A stretch of 57,743 nt of DNA from Ammonifex sp. GTDB lineage: Bacteria; Bacillota; Desulfotomaculia; Desulfotomaculales; DYER01. The translations under genes and the position numbers were made by a program. Below are positions 1 through 9,691 of this stretch, in pieces (position 1 is the stretch's first letter; each line of letters begins with the position of its first letter). The notes under the pieces were generated by a model. That model was not told where the DNA came from. It did no database searches and worked only from the letters and a program-made list of their open reading frames with translations. The stretch is from positions 1 to 57,743 of the forward strand of contig DYER01000026.1 in assembly GCA_020725605.1 (NCBI GenBank), in the 5' to 3' direction.

Positions 1-1
1 G

Positions 2-895
2 GTGGACCAGTACATCGGCGGGGTGGAGCACGCCATCCTCCACCTGCTCTACTCCCGGTTTTTGACCAAGGTGCTGTACGACCTCGGACTGGTCGGCGTT
101 GACGAACCCTTCACCAATCTCCTCACCCAGGGGATGGTGCTGAAGGACGGCGCCAAGATGTCCAAGTCCAAGGGCAACGTGGTCAGTCCGGAGGACATCG
201 TGGACCAGTACGGGGCAGACACCACGCGCCTTTTCATCCTGTTTGCCGCCCCGCCGGAGCGGGACCTGGAATGGAGCGAGCAGGGGGTGGAAGGCTGCTA
301 CCGGTTCGTAAACCGGGTCTGGCGATTGGTCGTCGGTGTGGCGGACCTGGTGCGAGGGGCGCCGGAAAACCCGCCCGCCGGATTGCGCGGGGTGCATCGG
401 GAGGTACGCCGGATCTTACACCAGACCGTCAAGAAGGTCACCGAAGACATCGAGCAGCGCTTCAACTTCAATACGGCCATCAGTGCCGTCATGGAACTGG
501 TGAATACCCTGTACCAGTACCGGGAACGGGTGCCCGAGGTGGAGCAGCACCCGGCCCTGTGGCGGGAGGCCGTGGAAAAGCTCTGCCTGCTGCTGGCGCC
601 CTTTGCGCCCCACCTGGCCGAGGAATTGTGGGAACTGACCGGACACCGGGAAAGCGTGCACCGGCAGGCCTGGCCGGATTACGACCCGGCAGCCCTGGTG
701 GAGGAGGAAAAGCTCATCGTCGTACAGGTCAACGGCAGGGTGCGGGACCGGGTACTGGTCCCGGCCACCCTTACCGGCGAGGCCCTCGAGCGGCACATCC
801 TGGAGCAGCCGCGGGTGCGTGCGTGGCTGGCCGGCAGGGAAATACGCCGGGTGGTGACCGTGCCCGACAAGCTGGTCAACATCGTGGTCGGCTGA
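2..895 (+). CDS. leuS: Leucine--tRNA ligase, C-terminal part (5' truncated by window)
   Basis: [24 protein letters not shown] motif, [12 protein letters not shown]-terminal VVQVNGRVR...LVNIV. Confidence 0.98.
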   Translation: MDQYIGGVEHAILHLLYSRFLTKVLYDLGLVGVDEPFTNLLTQGMVLKDGAKMSKSKGNVVSPEDIVDQYGADTTRLFILFAAPPERDLEWSEQGVEGCYRFVNRVWRLVVGVADLVRGAPENPPAGLRGVHREVRRILHQTVKKVTEDIEQRFNFNTAISAVMELVNTLYQYRERVPEVEQHPALWREAVEKLCLLLAPFAPHLAEELWELTGHRESVHRQAWPDYDPAALVEEEKLIVVQVNGRVRDRVLVPATLTGEALERHILEQPRVRAWLAGREIRRVVTVPDKLVNIVVG

Positions 896-993
896 AAGCC
901 GACGTCCACGGCTGGCGGCCCATGGCCCGCGCCGCCGGCGTTGCGTAACGGCAGGAGCGCATGCCGGCGGTGGGATGAAGGGGGTGCGAATTT

Positions 994-1755
994 TTGCCCT
1001 TTACGTGGCGGCGGGTATACTTTTTCAACCGCCGTGGTTTGCGTCTGGCCGGACTGCTGTACGCCGGCGGGCCGCGGCCGGCGTTTTTGCTGCTGGTGGC
1101 CCACGGTTTCCTGGGCACGAAGGAAGGGCGGGGCAAGGCCCTGGAGATGGCCGAGGCCGTGGGCACGCTGGGGTACGCCACCCTGCTCTTCGACTTTGCG
1201 GGCAACGGGGAAAGCGAGGGTGACTTCGCCGACGTGAGCCTTACCAACCACGTGGCGGACCTGGACTGCGCCTTCCGCTTTGCCCGGGAGGCCGGTTTTG
1301 ACCGGGTGGTCCTGTGCGGAAGGAGCTTCGGCGGCGCGGCGGCCCTGGTCTATGCCGCCGCCAATCCCGACGTGGCCGGTGTCTGCACCTGGGCCGCGCC
1401 GGCCCACCCCTTCCGGCTTTTTCGGGCCGCGGCGGAACCGCTCCGGGTCGATGCAGATGGCCTGGTGCCGCTGGGCTCCGGGGTGCGGGTACGTCCGGAA
1501 TTCTTTGCCGACCTGCAACAGCACGACCTGTTACGGGCCGCGGGGGAGATTTCCCCTCGGCCCTTGCTGATCGTGCACGGGACCGAGGACCGGGTGGTGC
1601 CCTTCTCGGACGCCCGGGACCTCTACGGGGCGGCCCGTGAACCGAAGGAACTGAAACCCATTCCGGGTGCCGACCACCAGTTCACCGGCCGGCACCCGGA
1701 AGTCTGGGAGACCCTCTTCGCCTGGCTTGACAGGCATTTTGCCGTGGGGGATTAG
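994..1755 (+). CDS. Alpha/beta-fold hydrolase
   Basis: HGF oxyanion motif, GRSFGG nucleophile elbow, HGTEDRVV Asp, ADHQF His; RBS GAAGGGGG before TTG. Confidence 0.9.
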   Translation: MPFTWRRVYFFNRRGLRLAGLLYAGGPRPAFLLLVAHGFLGTKEGRGKALEMAEAVGTLGYATLLFDFAGNGESEGDFADVSLTNHVADLDCAFRFAREAGFDRVVLCGRSFGGAAALVYAAANPDVAGVCTWAAPAHPFRLFRAAAEPLRVDADGLVPLGSGVRVRPEFFADLQQHDLLRAAGEISPRPLLIVHGTEDRVVPFSDARDLYGAAREPKELKPIPGADHQFTGRHPEVWETLFAWLDRHFAVGD

Positions 1756-2684
1756 TCCTTCCGGGATTTTTTGAGGTACTGGTACAGGCCCATGGAGTTG
1801 AGGTCCAGGTCGAAGGTCAGGTTCTCGGGGTCCGGCCTGCAGTCCGGGGGCAGTAGTTCGGTGGTGATCCATTCCCGGTAGCGGTGCCTGACGGCGGGCC
1901 AGTCCCCGCCGGCCTCGATGACGCTTTGCGCCATGGCCGTCATCTGCCGCACCAGGTCGCAGTAACGGTCCAGGAGTTCCACGGCCCCGGCGGCCCGGCC
2001 GAAGTGGGTAAAGTAGACGTATTCGGGCTCCAGGGCCCGCAGGCGCCGGGCACTGGCGATGGCCGCCTCGGGTTCGAACTGCGGGGGCACGGCCGAGGGC
2101 AGGAGGAATTCCAGGCCGCACTTCTTAACCAGGGAATAAAACCGGATGCCGGCCGCGTCCCCCGGAAAGACGCCCCGGGTGGCGGAATCGTACACCGAGA
2201 GGCAGTGGGGGGCGTGGCCGGGCGTGTCGTAGAAGGTGAGCACCCGGCCCCCCAGGTCCAGGGTTTCGCCGTCCGTGGGGCTGTGGAGCCGGTCCGCCGG
2301 CACCGGTACGACTTCTCCGAAGAAGCGGTCGAAATTGGCGCCGTAGATTTCGCGGGCCCCGGCTATCAAACGTGAGGGGTCGTTGAGGTGCCGGGCGCCC
2401 TTGGCATGGACGTAGACCCGGGCGTTGGGTAGATGCTTTAGCAGGTAGCCGCTACCACCCGCGTGATCCAGATGAATGTGGGTCACGAGGATGTAGTGTA
2501 CCTCTTCCGGCCGCACGCCGAGGGCCTTGAGGCCGGCCAGCACGTAAGACGCTCCGGGTGTGGGCCCCGATTCTATGAGGGCCGTGCGCTCGCCGCGCAA
2601 AACGTAGACCGCGGTCCGCTCCGGAATGCCCATGTCATGAACGTCGATCTGATAGGTCCTACCACCGAGATCAACCAGGGACAA
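1752..2684 (-). CDS. MBL-fold metallo-hydrolase
   Basis: THIHLDHAGG, TPGHAPH, GDAAG motifs; TTG start at 2684 after GAGGAGGGG RBS. Confidence 0.92.
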   Translation of the reverse strand: MSLVDLGGRTYQIDVHDMGIPERTAVYVLRGERTALIESGPTPGASYVLAGLKALGVRPEEVHYILVTHIHLDHAGGSGYLLKHLPNARVYVHAKGARHLNDPSRLIAGAREIYGANFDRFFGEVVPVPADRLHSPTDGETLDLGGRVLTFYDTPGHAPHCLSVYDSATRGVFPGDAAGIRFYSLVKKCGLEFLLPSAVPPQFEPEAAIASARRLRALEPEYVYFTHFGRAAGAVELLDRYCDLVRQMTAMAQSVIEAGGDWPAVRHRYREWITTELLPPDCRPDPENLTFDLDLNSMGLYQYLKKSRKD

Positions 2685-2721
2685 GTCTTTCCCCTCCTCG
2701 CGCAGGGCATTGATACGGGCT

Positions 2722-2749
2722 ATTCGTTGGCCGCGGGCCGGATTCCTGC
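2722..2749 (-). promoter_or_regulatory. SigH-like promoter for the MBL hydrolase
   Basis: Minus strand gcAGGAatc...acGAAT, 18 nt between AGGA and GAAT. Confidence 0.5.
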
Positions 2750-2783
2750 CGCGGGACCTTTGGTGGCGGGACCGGACAATACG

Positions 2784-2811
2784 GCAGGAGAGGGGGGACG
2801 TGGTGCCGAAT
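2784..2811 (+). promoter_or_regulatory. SigH-like promoter for comEA
   Basis: gcAGGAgag...ccGAAT, 18 nt spacing, about 20 nt before the ATG. Confidence 0.5.
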
Positions 2812-2829
2812 CCCGTTCGGGGTGGTCCG

Positions 2830-3438
2830 ATGGGCGGCGATTTCCTGGGCAACAGACGTCAGGTGGCCGTGGCCCTGCTCATAGCCGCGGCCCTTCTGGT
2901 CGGCGTGGCCATCAGGTACGCGGCGGGTTCCCGGGCCTCACCGCCGCCCGCCGTGGTGCAGGGCGGGTCCGGGGCCACGGGCCAGCAGGAAATAGTGGTT
3001 CACGTGGCCGGTGCCGTGGAGAGGCCGGGTATCTACCGCCTTCCTTCGGGGTCCCGGGTGGCCGACGTGCTGGAAAGGGCCGTCCCCAAGCCCGCCGCCG
3101 ACCTGGACGCGCTGAACCTGGCGGCGCGCCTGAACGACGGGCAGAAGGTAACGGTTCCGGAGCGCCGGCCCCCGGCCGCTGCGGGGCCCGCCCCGCAGGG
3201 TACCGGCGCCAGTAATCCCTTTCAGGCGCCCGGTTCCGGCGACAGGAAGGTCAACATCAACACCGCGGACCAGGCCGAACTGGACCGGCTCCCGGGCATC
3301 GGTCCGGCCCTGGCCCAGCGCATCATCCAGTACCGGGAAACCCACGGCCCGTTCGCGGCGCCGGAAGACCTGAAGCTCGTCCCCGGGATAGGCGACAAGA
3401 AATTTCAGGCCTTAAAGGACATGATCACGGTTCACTGA
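2830..3438 (+). CDS. comEA: Competence DNA-binding protein ComEA
   Basis: N-terminal TM helix, SLBB domain VHVAGAVERPGIY...LNLA, HhH domain KVNINTA..LPGIGPALAQRII. Confidence 0.96.
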   Translation: MGGDFLGNRRQVAVALLIAAALLVGVAIRYAAGSRASPPPAVVQGGSGATGQQEIVVHVAGAVERPGIYRLPSGSRVADVLERAVPKPAADLDALNLAARLNDGQKVTVPERRPPAAAGPAPQGTGASNPFQAPGSGDRKVNINTADQAELDRLPGIGPALAQRIIQYRETHGPFAAPEDLKLVPGIGDKKFQALKDMITVH

Positions 3439-4176
3439 TTAAAAAGCGTATTTTCGTGCCCGCGTCACGTAGCGCTCCAGGGTGGTCTTGCGCCCTTCTT
3501 CCAGGTACTCCCTCATCGCGCGCGTCCTGCGCGCCAGCGCCCCCTGGGGTAACACGGTGAGGGCGAGGTGGAGCGGCAGGGGCAGAACGGTCTCCCGGTT
3601 CAGGGTTGACGTAAGGGGTACCAGTTCCGTTTCCAGAAGGCTCAGGGCCGTAAAGGCCTGGTCCACGATCCTTGCGGGCCTTTTGATTGGTCCGGCCGGT
3701 CGGGCGTGGGGACATGCCGGCCTCGGGCCGCGCAGGACTGCGGCCGGGATGACGAGACCGTACCGTTCCCGGTAGTAGTCGGCCAGTTCCTGCATGGCGG
3801 CGGGCGGCCGGCGCCTGATGGGCAGCCGTTCGGGCGGCGCCAGTCCCCAGGCGCGGCAGGCGAAGGGCCGGGCCGGGTAGATGAGGCAGGTATTGGTCCC
3901 GTCCAGGAAGGGGCAGCGCAAGTCGGCCTCGGCATGTTCCAGGAAGAAATACTCCGTAACGCGAGTGAGGATATCGGGCCACCTGGGGCGCAGGTGGCTT
4001 TTGATGTGCTGGTAGGCGTAAAGATATTCGATCAGGAACGCCGGTGGCGCGTCGTAGCAACACTCGCCGCACCGCGCGCACGTGACACCCGGCAGGGCCC
4101 CGTAAAGGCCTTCCAGGCGCTGAAAGAGCGGTTGGGCGTAATCAAGAACCCGGTACAGGGTTTCCGGGGGTAGCAT
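3439..4176 (-). CDS. YkgJ-family cysteine-cluster (CxxCxxCC) putative Fe-S/Zn protein
   Basis: CARCGECC, CPFL, CLIYPARPFACR; ATG at 4176 after GAGGAGAGG RBS. Confidence 0.88.
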   Translation of the reverse strand: MLPPETLYRVLDYAQPLFQRLEGLYGALPGVTCARCGECCYDAPPAFLIEYLYAYQHIKSHLRPRWPDILTRVTEYFFLEHAEADLRCPFLDGTNTCLIYPARPFACRAWGLAPPERLPIRRRPPAAMQELADYYRERYGLVIPAAVLRGPRPACPHARPAGPIKRPARIVDQAFTALSLLETELVPLTSTLNRETVLPLPLHLALTVLPQGALARRTRAMREYLEEGRKTTLERYVTRARKYAF

Positions 4177-6547
4177 GTCGTTCCTCTCCTCGTGTTGGGA
4201 ATTGTTGTGGACCCGCCCGTTGGTTACGCTTTCGGGTACCTTCGCTGTTGGAATTCTCGCTTCCGGCCCCAAAATCCTTGCCGTGCCCGCGGTCCTGATT
4301 CTGGGAATGCTGGCCCTGGTAGCCGTGCCGGGAGTCTGGAGACGGAGTCGGGTGCTGGCGGGGGCCGCCCTGCTGGTGGCTTTTTTCGCGGCCGGGCTGG
4401 CCCGCGGGTTCACGGCCCTCAATCCCCCCGGTTCGGACCTCGGAGCTCATGTGGGGCACTACGTGACATTGACGGGCCTGGTGTCCGAGGCCCCGGACCC
4501 GCGTGCCGACCGGATATACTACGTCCTGGCGTACGGTGACACCCGGGTCCTGGTACGGGTGCCCCGGGGGCCGCTGGAGTGCGAGTACGGAGACCTTATC
4601 GAGGCCAGGGGCCTGCTCCTGATACCGCGGGACCCTGGGAATCCCGGGGAATTCGACTACCCGGCCTACCTCCTCCGCCGCGGGATAAAGTACCTTCTGA
4701 AGGTGGAGTCCCCCGGTGAACTGCGCCGCGTCGGCCGGGGTACCGCCAGCCCGGTTCTCGGCACGGCCCTGGCGTTGCGCGACCGGATGGCCCTGGTCTT
4801 CGACCGGACCATGCCGCCCGAGCAGGCGGCCCTTTTGAAGGGTATGGTACTGGGCCTGCGGGGCGAGATCGAACCCGGCGTGGTGGAGACGCTGGTAAGG
4901 ACCGGGGTGGTTCACGTCCTCAGCGTTTCGGGGCTGCACGTGGGGTTCGTCCTCGGCTTCTGGCTCGCGGTGGCCCGGGGGCTGCACCTGACCCGGGTAC
5001 CGCTGTTCGTCGGGAGTGTGCTTTTGCTGGCCCTTTACACCCTGGTGACCGGGGCCCGGCCACCCGTGGTGCGGGCCGCCGTCATGGCGGGACTGACCCT
5101 CGGGGCCTGGACCCTCGGCCGGGAAAGGGACTGGCCCTCGGCCCTGGCCCTGGCCGCCCTGGTCCTGCTGGTACGCCAGCCGCTGGTCCTTCACGACCCC
5201 GGTTTCCAGCTTTCCTTCGTAGCCACCTGGGGGATCCTGTACCTCGCCCCTCTGGTGCAGAAATACGTTCCCGCCTGGCTTGCGGGCACCCTCGTGGTAC
5301 CCCTAGCGGCCCAGGTGGCCGTCTGGCCCCTGGTGGCCCATTACTACCACGTTTTTTCCCCCATCGCGCTTTTGGCCAACGCCCTGGCCGTCCCCCTGAC
5401 GGCGGGCATCATGGCCCTCGGTTTGCTGTCCGCCGGGGTAGGACTGGTATTCCTGCCGCTGGCGAAGGTACTCAATGCCACCACCGGATTACTCCTCGCA
5501 CTGTTCACGGCCGCCAACGAATGGCTTTCCGGCTGGCCGGGGGCCTGGTGGTACGTGGGCAGTCCTTCGTTCGCGCTCCTGGCCCTCTGGTATCCGGCCC
5601 TGTGGGCCGCCGGGCAGGTAGGTTACCGGTCTTCGTGGCGCCGGGCCCTCGTGGGGCAACGGGGCCGCCTGGTCCGGGGGCTGGTCTGGGTCCCAGCTGT
5701 GCTCCTCGCCCTATTGCTGGTATGGCCCCCGGCGGACCGGGGCCTCACCTGCTACTTCCTGGACGTGGGGCAGGGCGACGCCACGGTGCTGGTTACCCCG
5801 GCCGGGCGTACCGTGGTGGTGGACGCCGGCGGTTGGCCCGGGGAGTACGAAACGGGCCGCGGGGCGGGCGAACGGGTGGTGGTACCCTTCCTGCGCCACC
5901 TCGGCGTGCGGCGGGTGGACGTGCTGGTGCTGACCCACGCCCACGAGGACCACGCGGCGGGAGCCCGGGCCCTCGTCGGGAATTTCCCGGTGGGCCTGGT
6001 GGTCGTGGGGCCGGACCGGCCGGGGGCCGACAGGCCACCGGGCTATACGGCGTTGCTCGGGGAGATGGCCGCGAGGGGCATACCCGTAGAGCGGGTGGCG
6101 GCGGGGGCCCACATCGTGGTGGATCGGAGCCTGAGCCTCCGGGTTCTGCACCCGCCGTCAACCGCTCCCCGGTACGCCCGTGCCGAGGAGAACAATCATT
6201 CCCTGGTGCTGAGGGTGTCGTACGCCGGGACCGCCCTGCTGCTGGCGGCGGACGTGGAGGCGGAGGCCCAGGCCGACCTGCTGGCCGCCGGAGTTGAACT
6301 CGCGGCCGACATCCTGAAGGTGCCACACCACGGCAGCCGGTTTTTTAACCGGAATTTTCTGGCCGCGGTTCACCCGCGCCTGGCGGTCATCAGCGTGGGG
6401 GCCCGCAACACGTTCGGCCTGCCGGCGCCGGAACCGGTGGCCGCCCTGGAGGAACTGGGCGCCAGGATCTGCCGCACGGACCGCCACGGCGCGGTGGTGG
6501 TGCACGTGAATGGCAGGGGCTGGCGGGTGGAAACCGGGCGCCGGTAG
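4175..6547 (+). CDS. comEC: DNA internalization competence protein ComEC/Rec2 (exact start uncertain, 4175-4205)
   Basis: NPGEFDY, HVLSVSGLH, PGFQLSF competence domain; C-terminal MBL domain LDVGQGDA, THAHEDH, KVPHHGS. Confidence 0.97.
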   Translation: MSFLSSCWELLWTRPLVTLSGTFAVGILASGPKILAVPAVLILGMLALVAVPGVWRRSRVLAGAALLVAFFAAGLARGFTALNPPGSDLGAHVGHYVTLTGLVSEAPDPRADRIYYVLAYGDTRVLVRVPRGPLECEYGDLIEARGLLLIPRDPGNPGEFDYPAYLLRRGIKYLLKVESPGELRRVGRGTASPVLGTALALRDRMALVFDRTMPPEQAALLKGMVLGLRGEIEPGVVETLVRTGVVHVLSVSGLHVGFVLGFWLAVARGLHLTRVPLFVGSVLLLALYTLVTGARPPVVRAAVMAGLTLGAWTLGRERDWPSALALAALVLLVRQPLVLHDPGFQLSFVATWGILYLAPLVQKYVPAWLAGTLVVPLAAQVAVWPLVAHYYHVFSPIALLANALAVPLTAGIMALGLLSAGVGLVFLPLAKVLNATTGLLLALFTAANEWLSGWPGAWWYVGSPSFALLALWYPALWAAGQVGYRSSWRRALVGQRGRLVRGLVWVPAVLLALLLVWPPADRGLTCYFLDVGQGDATVLVTPAGRTVVVDAGGWPGEYETGRGAGERVVVPFLRHLGVRRVDVLVLTHAHEDHAAGARALVGNFPVGLVVVGPDRPGADRPPGYTALLGEMAARGIPVERVAAGAHIVVDRSLSLRVLHPPSTAPRYARAEENNHSLVLRVSYAGTALLLAADVEAEAQADLLAAGVELAADILKVPHHGSRFFNRNFLAAVHPRLAVISVGARNTFGLPAPEPVAALEELGARICRTDRHGAVVVHVNGRGWRVETGRR
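4253..4280 (-). promoter_or_regulatory. SigH-like promoter inside comEC, pointing toward the YkgJ-like gene
   Basis: Minus strand caAGGAttt...gaGAAT, 18 nt spacing. Confidence 0.45.
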
Positions 6548-6572
6548 CCGGCGAGTGGGAAGTACCGTTCCG

Positions 6573-6599
6573 GCAGGAAAAGGGTGGGCCACGTAGAAG
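6573..6599 (+). promoter_or_regulatory. Possible SigH-like promoter for the CGGC gene
   Basis: gcAGGAaaa...taGAAG, 17 nt spacing, one mismatch in the -10 element. Confidence 0.35.
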
Positions 6600-6708
6600 T
6601 AAAAACGGCGGGGGCCGCGAGTGGTGGGCCAGCCGGGGGCCTTCGGGTGACGTACCGCGGGCGGCGGCGTACCGGGCGGCCGAGATTTTCAACGAGGGGT
6701 GACGCACG

Positions 6709-7056
6709 ATGCAGAAGGTGTTCATCGTGGGGTGCGGTGCGTACATGGATGCCGGTTACGGATGTCCCGGGGAGTGGCGTTGTCTCAAGGCCGCCGCCCT
6801 TGGCGAGGGCAAATTCGGGGCCCCGGTTCAGGTGATGGGGTTCATCCGCTGCGAATGCCCGGGCAGGACCATTGCGCCCACCGTGGGCATGACCGCCAGG
6901 CTGGCGGAGGTCAAGCCCGATGCCATTTACTTCAGCACCTGCCTGGTGGACGCCAGGCCGGGGTGTCCTTACGGGTCGGCCGAGGACCTGGCAAAGATTC
7001 TGGAAACAAAGGCCGGGGTTCCGGTAATCCTCGGCACCCACGAATACAAGGGTTAG
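6709..7056 (+). CDS. CGGC-domain putative metal/Fe-S binding protein
   Basis: Cys pattern GC..CPG..C...CECPG...STC...CP and C-terminal GTH; RBS GAGGGG. Confidence 0.8.
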   Translation: MQKVFIVGCGAYMDAGYGCPGEWRCLKAAALGEGKFGAPVQVMGFIRCECPGRTIAPTVGMTARLAEVKPDAIYFSTCLVDARPGCPYGSAEDLAKILETKAGVPVILGTHEYKG

Positions 7057-7128
7057 GATGGGGGAGGCAAGGACCTTCGAGGACACCGGTACCAGGAAGC
7101 GGAGCACAATGCGAAGGAGTCGGGAGCG

Positions 7129-7281
7129 GTGCTTCCCAGGACCCTAATCTTCATTCTGCTCGGGCTATTACTGGTGGGGATCGGTTTGCAGGGTAGCCTG
7201 GCCCCTCCCTGGTCCACCCTTGCCTTTGCCGTGGGCGCCGGGATTCTGGTGGGAGTCCTGTGGCGCCGGGGCGGCGGGTGA
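7129..7281 (+). CDS. Small two-TM membrane protein (50 aa), not in ORF track
   Basis: GTG after AAGGAG/GGGAG; VLPRTLIFILLGLLLVGIGLQGSLAPPWSTLAFAVGAGILVGVLWRRGGG. Confidence 0.6.
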   Translation: MLPRTLIFILLGLLLVGIGLQGSLAPPWSTLAFAVGAGILVGVLWRRGGG

Positions 7282-7462
7282 GGGCGGTGAAGGGCGGGCC
7301 CGGGCGGCCCGCACATCCTAACGTGTGCTCCGGGAGCGTGGTGGTTTACGCGGACGCGCGGGCCGGCGAGGAAGGGCTCATGGCCGTGCCCGCCATGGGT
7401 GGGGGAAGGGCCGGCCAGATCGCCGCGCTCTTCCGGAACAGGTTTGCGGGGGACGGGACCGA

Positions 7463-8254
7463 GTGCCGACGCAAGTCGTGACCCTGGCCATAGTGCAATC
7501 CCGGCGCACATCGGACCTCCGGGACAACCTGGCCCGCATGACCCGGCACCTGGAAGGGCTCGGGGCGGCGGACGTGGTCCTGCTGGCCGAGAACTGGCTG
7601 GCCGACCACCTGGTTTCCTGGCAGGAATACCTGGACAGCGTGACCGCGTTAAGTAATCTTCTTCCCCCGCAAACACTTCTGGTGGGCGGCGCCCAGTACG
7701 TGAGGGCTCCGGAGGTTGTTTCCCGGGGCGCCTTTTTGCGTGCCGGAACCGTGGTGGCCCGGTACGAGAAACTCTTTCCCTCCCAGGCCGTGGGCGAGCG
7801 GGGGGTTTTCACGCCGGGGGTGGAGGTGCCCGTGGTGGAACACGGGGGTGTGAGGCTCGCCGCCGTAGTCTGCGTGGACCTCTTCTACCCCGAGGTGGTG
7901 CGCCGCCTGGCGCTGGCCGGCGCCCTCCTGGTACTCAATCCGGCCAGCATTCCCTATTCCAGGGTGTCCCTGTGGCAGGCCCTGGGTCGGGTCCGGGCCG
8001 CCGAGAACACCATTTTCGTGGCCATGGCCTGCAACACAGGAACCCATTACCCCGACGGCCGGGCCGTGTCCGGCGGCAGTTTTGTGGCCTACCCCGACGG
8101 TCGGCCGGTCTATCCCCTGGGCCCGGAAGAGGGGATTTTCCGGGTCTCCCTGGACCTGGGCCTGATCGCGCAGGTGCGCGAGCGCTGGCCCTACCTGGAG
8201 GACGTCCGGACTGTCCGGACTAAGGAATTACTTTGTTCAGCGGATACTCGATGA
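7463..8254 (+). CDS. Carbon-nitrogen hydrolase (nitrilase superfamily)
   Basis: Glu (LLAE), Lys (YEK) and Cys (VCVDLFYPE) triad; RAAEN motif. Confidence 0.88.
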   Translation: MPTQVVTLAIVQSRRTSDLRDNLARMTRHLEGLGAADVVLLAENWLADHLVSWQEYLDSVTALSNLLPPQTLLVGGAQYVRAPEVVSRGAFLRAGTVVARYEKLFPSQAVGERGVFTPGVEVPVVEHGGVRLAAVVCVDLFYPEVVRRLALAGALLVLNPASIPYSRVSLWQALGRVRAAENTIFVAMACNTGTHYPDGRAVSGGSFVAYPDGRPVYPLGPEEGIFRVSLDLGLIAQVRERWPYLEDVRTVRTKELLCSADTR

Positions 8255-9089
8255 TGTCCTGGGCGCCGGTCCTCTTGAGGGCCGGGATCAGGTCGCGCAC
8301 CTGTTTCTCGTCGAGCACCACCTCTACGGCCACCCAGTCCCCGTTGTGCAAAGGCGCCACGGTGGGGTGCTTCATGGCCGGGAGGATGGCCAGCACCGCC
8401 GGGAGCCTGTCTCCCGGCACGTTCATTTTTAGCCCCACCTTACTTTCGGCCCGCAGGGCCCCTTCCAGGAGTACGGCCAGATTTTGCAGCTTTTCGCGCT
8501 TCCATGGGTCGGCCCAGCTGGCCCGGTTGGCGTGGAGCCGGGTGGTGGACTCCAGGATGGTTGCGATGACGCGCAGGTTGTGGGCCCGCAAAGACGAGCC
8601 GGTTTCGGTGAGATCCACGATGGCGTCCACCAGGTGGGGGACCTTGACTTCGGTGGCGCCGTAGGAAAATTCCACCGTGGCGTGTACCCCGTGTTGCGCC
8701 AGATAACGTCGGGTCAGATTCACGTATTCGGTGGCTATCCGCTTGCCGTCGAGGTCGGCCACTTTATGGAAAGGGCTGTCCTGGGCCACGGCCATGACCA
8801 CCCGTACCGGGCGCAGCCCCTGCTTGGCGTAGACCAGGTTGGCCACTTCAACCACGTCGGCTTCGTTTTCCACGATCCAGTCCAGACCGCTCAGGCCCGC
8901 GTCCAATACGCCTTCATGGACGTAACGGGGGATTTCCTGGGCCCTCATCAAGGTCACTTCCAGTTCGGGGTCGTCGATGGCCGGCTGATAGGAACGCGCG
9001 CCGACGGTGAGGGTATAGCCGGCCTTCCGGAAAAGCTGGAAGGTGGCCTCCTGGAGGCTACCCTTCGGGAGACCGAGACGGAGTTTCAA
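8220..9089 (-). CDS. hisG: ATP phosphoribosyltransferase, long form
   Basis: [39 protein letters not shown]-terminal regulatory domain. Confidence 0.97.
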   Translation of the reverse strand: MKLRLGLPKGSLQEATFQLFRKAGYTLTVGARSYQPAIDDPELEVTLMRAQEIPRYVHEGVLDAGLSGLDWIVENEADVVEVANLVYAKQGLRPVRVVMAVAQDSPFHKVADLDGKRIATEYVNLTRRYLAQHGVHATVEFSYGATEVKVPHLVDAIVDLTETGSSLRAHNLRVIATILESTTRLHANRASWADPWKREKLQNLAVLLEGALRAESKVGLKMNVPGDRLPAVLAILPAMKHPTVAPLHNGDWVAVEVVLDEKQVRDLIPALKRTGAQDIIEYPLNKVIP

Positions 9090-9255
9090 GCCGTGTCACC
9101 TCTGACAACGCAAATTGCGGGGTCAGGCGGCCTAAGGCCGGGCCGAGCCCCCCATTCATTTTACTACGTTATGGCCCGGGAGCCAAGGGTGACTCGCCCG
9201 CAGTTGCCGGTATGTGGGGTATTAAGGCCTGGCTTTGCGCAGGGCGGCCCACCCA

Positions 9256-9691
9256 TCATTCCCGCCAGGCCACCAGGTGGGGTCTGGGGGTCCAGAAAGG
9301 AAAGATACTGGCCCCGCACCCCGTATTACGCCGGGGGATCGAGTTTCTTATAGCGGTAATACTTGGCCAGACGGTCCGCCGACCGCATCCAGCCCAGGCG
9401 CTTGACCCGCAGGTCGCTGGCGGCCCCCCTGAGCTCAGTTATGTTCCAGGGGAAACGTCCGCAGTGCTGGGGGTCCCCGCCAGCGGTAGGGAAAGTCCGG
9501 CCGGTAACGGACCATGAAGGGCCGGTAATACTGGTGGGCCCGCCAGAATTCGTCCTCGCGGTAATGGTTTTCGTCCCACATATCATAAAGGCGGAAGTAA
9601 TAGACCTCGACCTGCGGGTCCGCCGCCAGCCGCGGGAGTTCCTCGGCCGCGGTCCTCGAAGACCTCGTCCGCGTCCAGAATCAGGGTCCAC
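9256..9691 (-). pseudogene. C-terminal remnant of a GT2-family glycosyltransferase
   Basis: Pieces in three frames join to ILDADEVFED / YYFRLYDMWDENHYREDEFWRAHQYYRPFMVRY / PQHCGRFPWNI..RLAKYYRYKKLDP / YGVRGQYLS..PHLVAWRE; frameshifts, an in-frame TAA, no N-terminus. Confidence 0.8.

Noticed and set aside
931-971. GC-rich hairpin after leuS
   Set aside because: No U-tract and no recognisable RNA family; such stems arise easily at this GC content.
7260-7481. 73-aa ORF and the long N-terminal extension (7325-7462) of the nitrilase ORF
   Set aside because: Low-complexity Gly/Arg-rich translation with no motifs; a better start exists at 7463.
9105-9215. Fragments resembling a c-di-GMP-I riboswitch (CGCAAA, CTAAGG, GTTGCC) near hisG
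   Set aside because: The GGCAAA/GNRA P2 element is missing, the spacing is wrong, and it lies on the strand opposite hisG. No T-box or His leader peptide was seen either.
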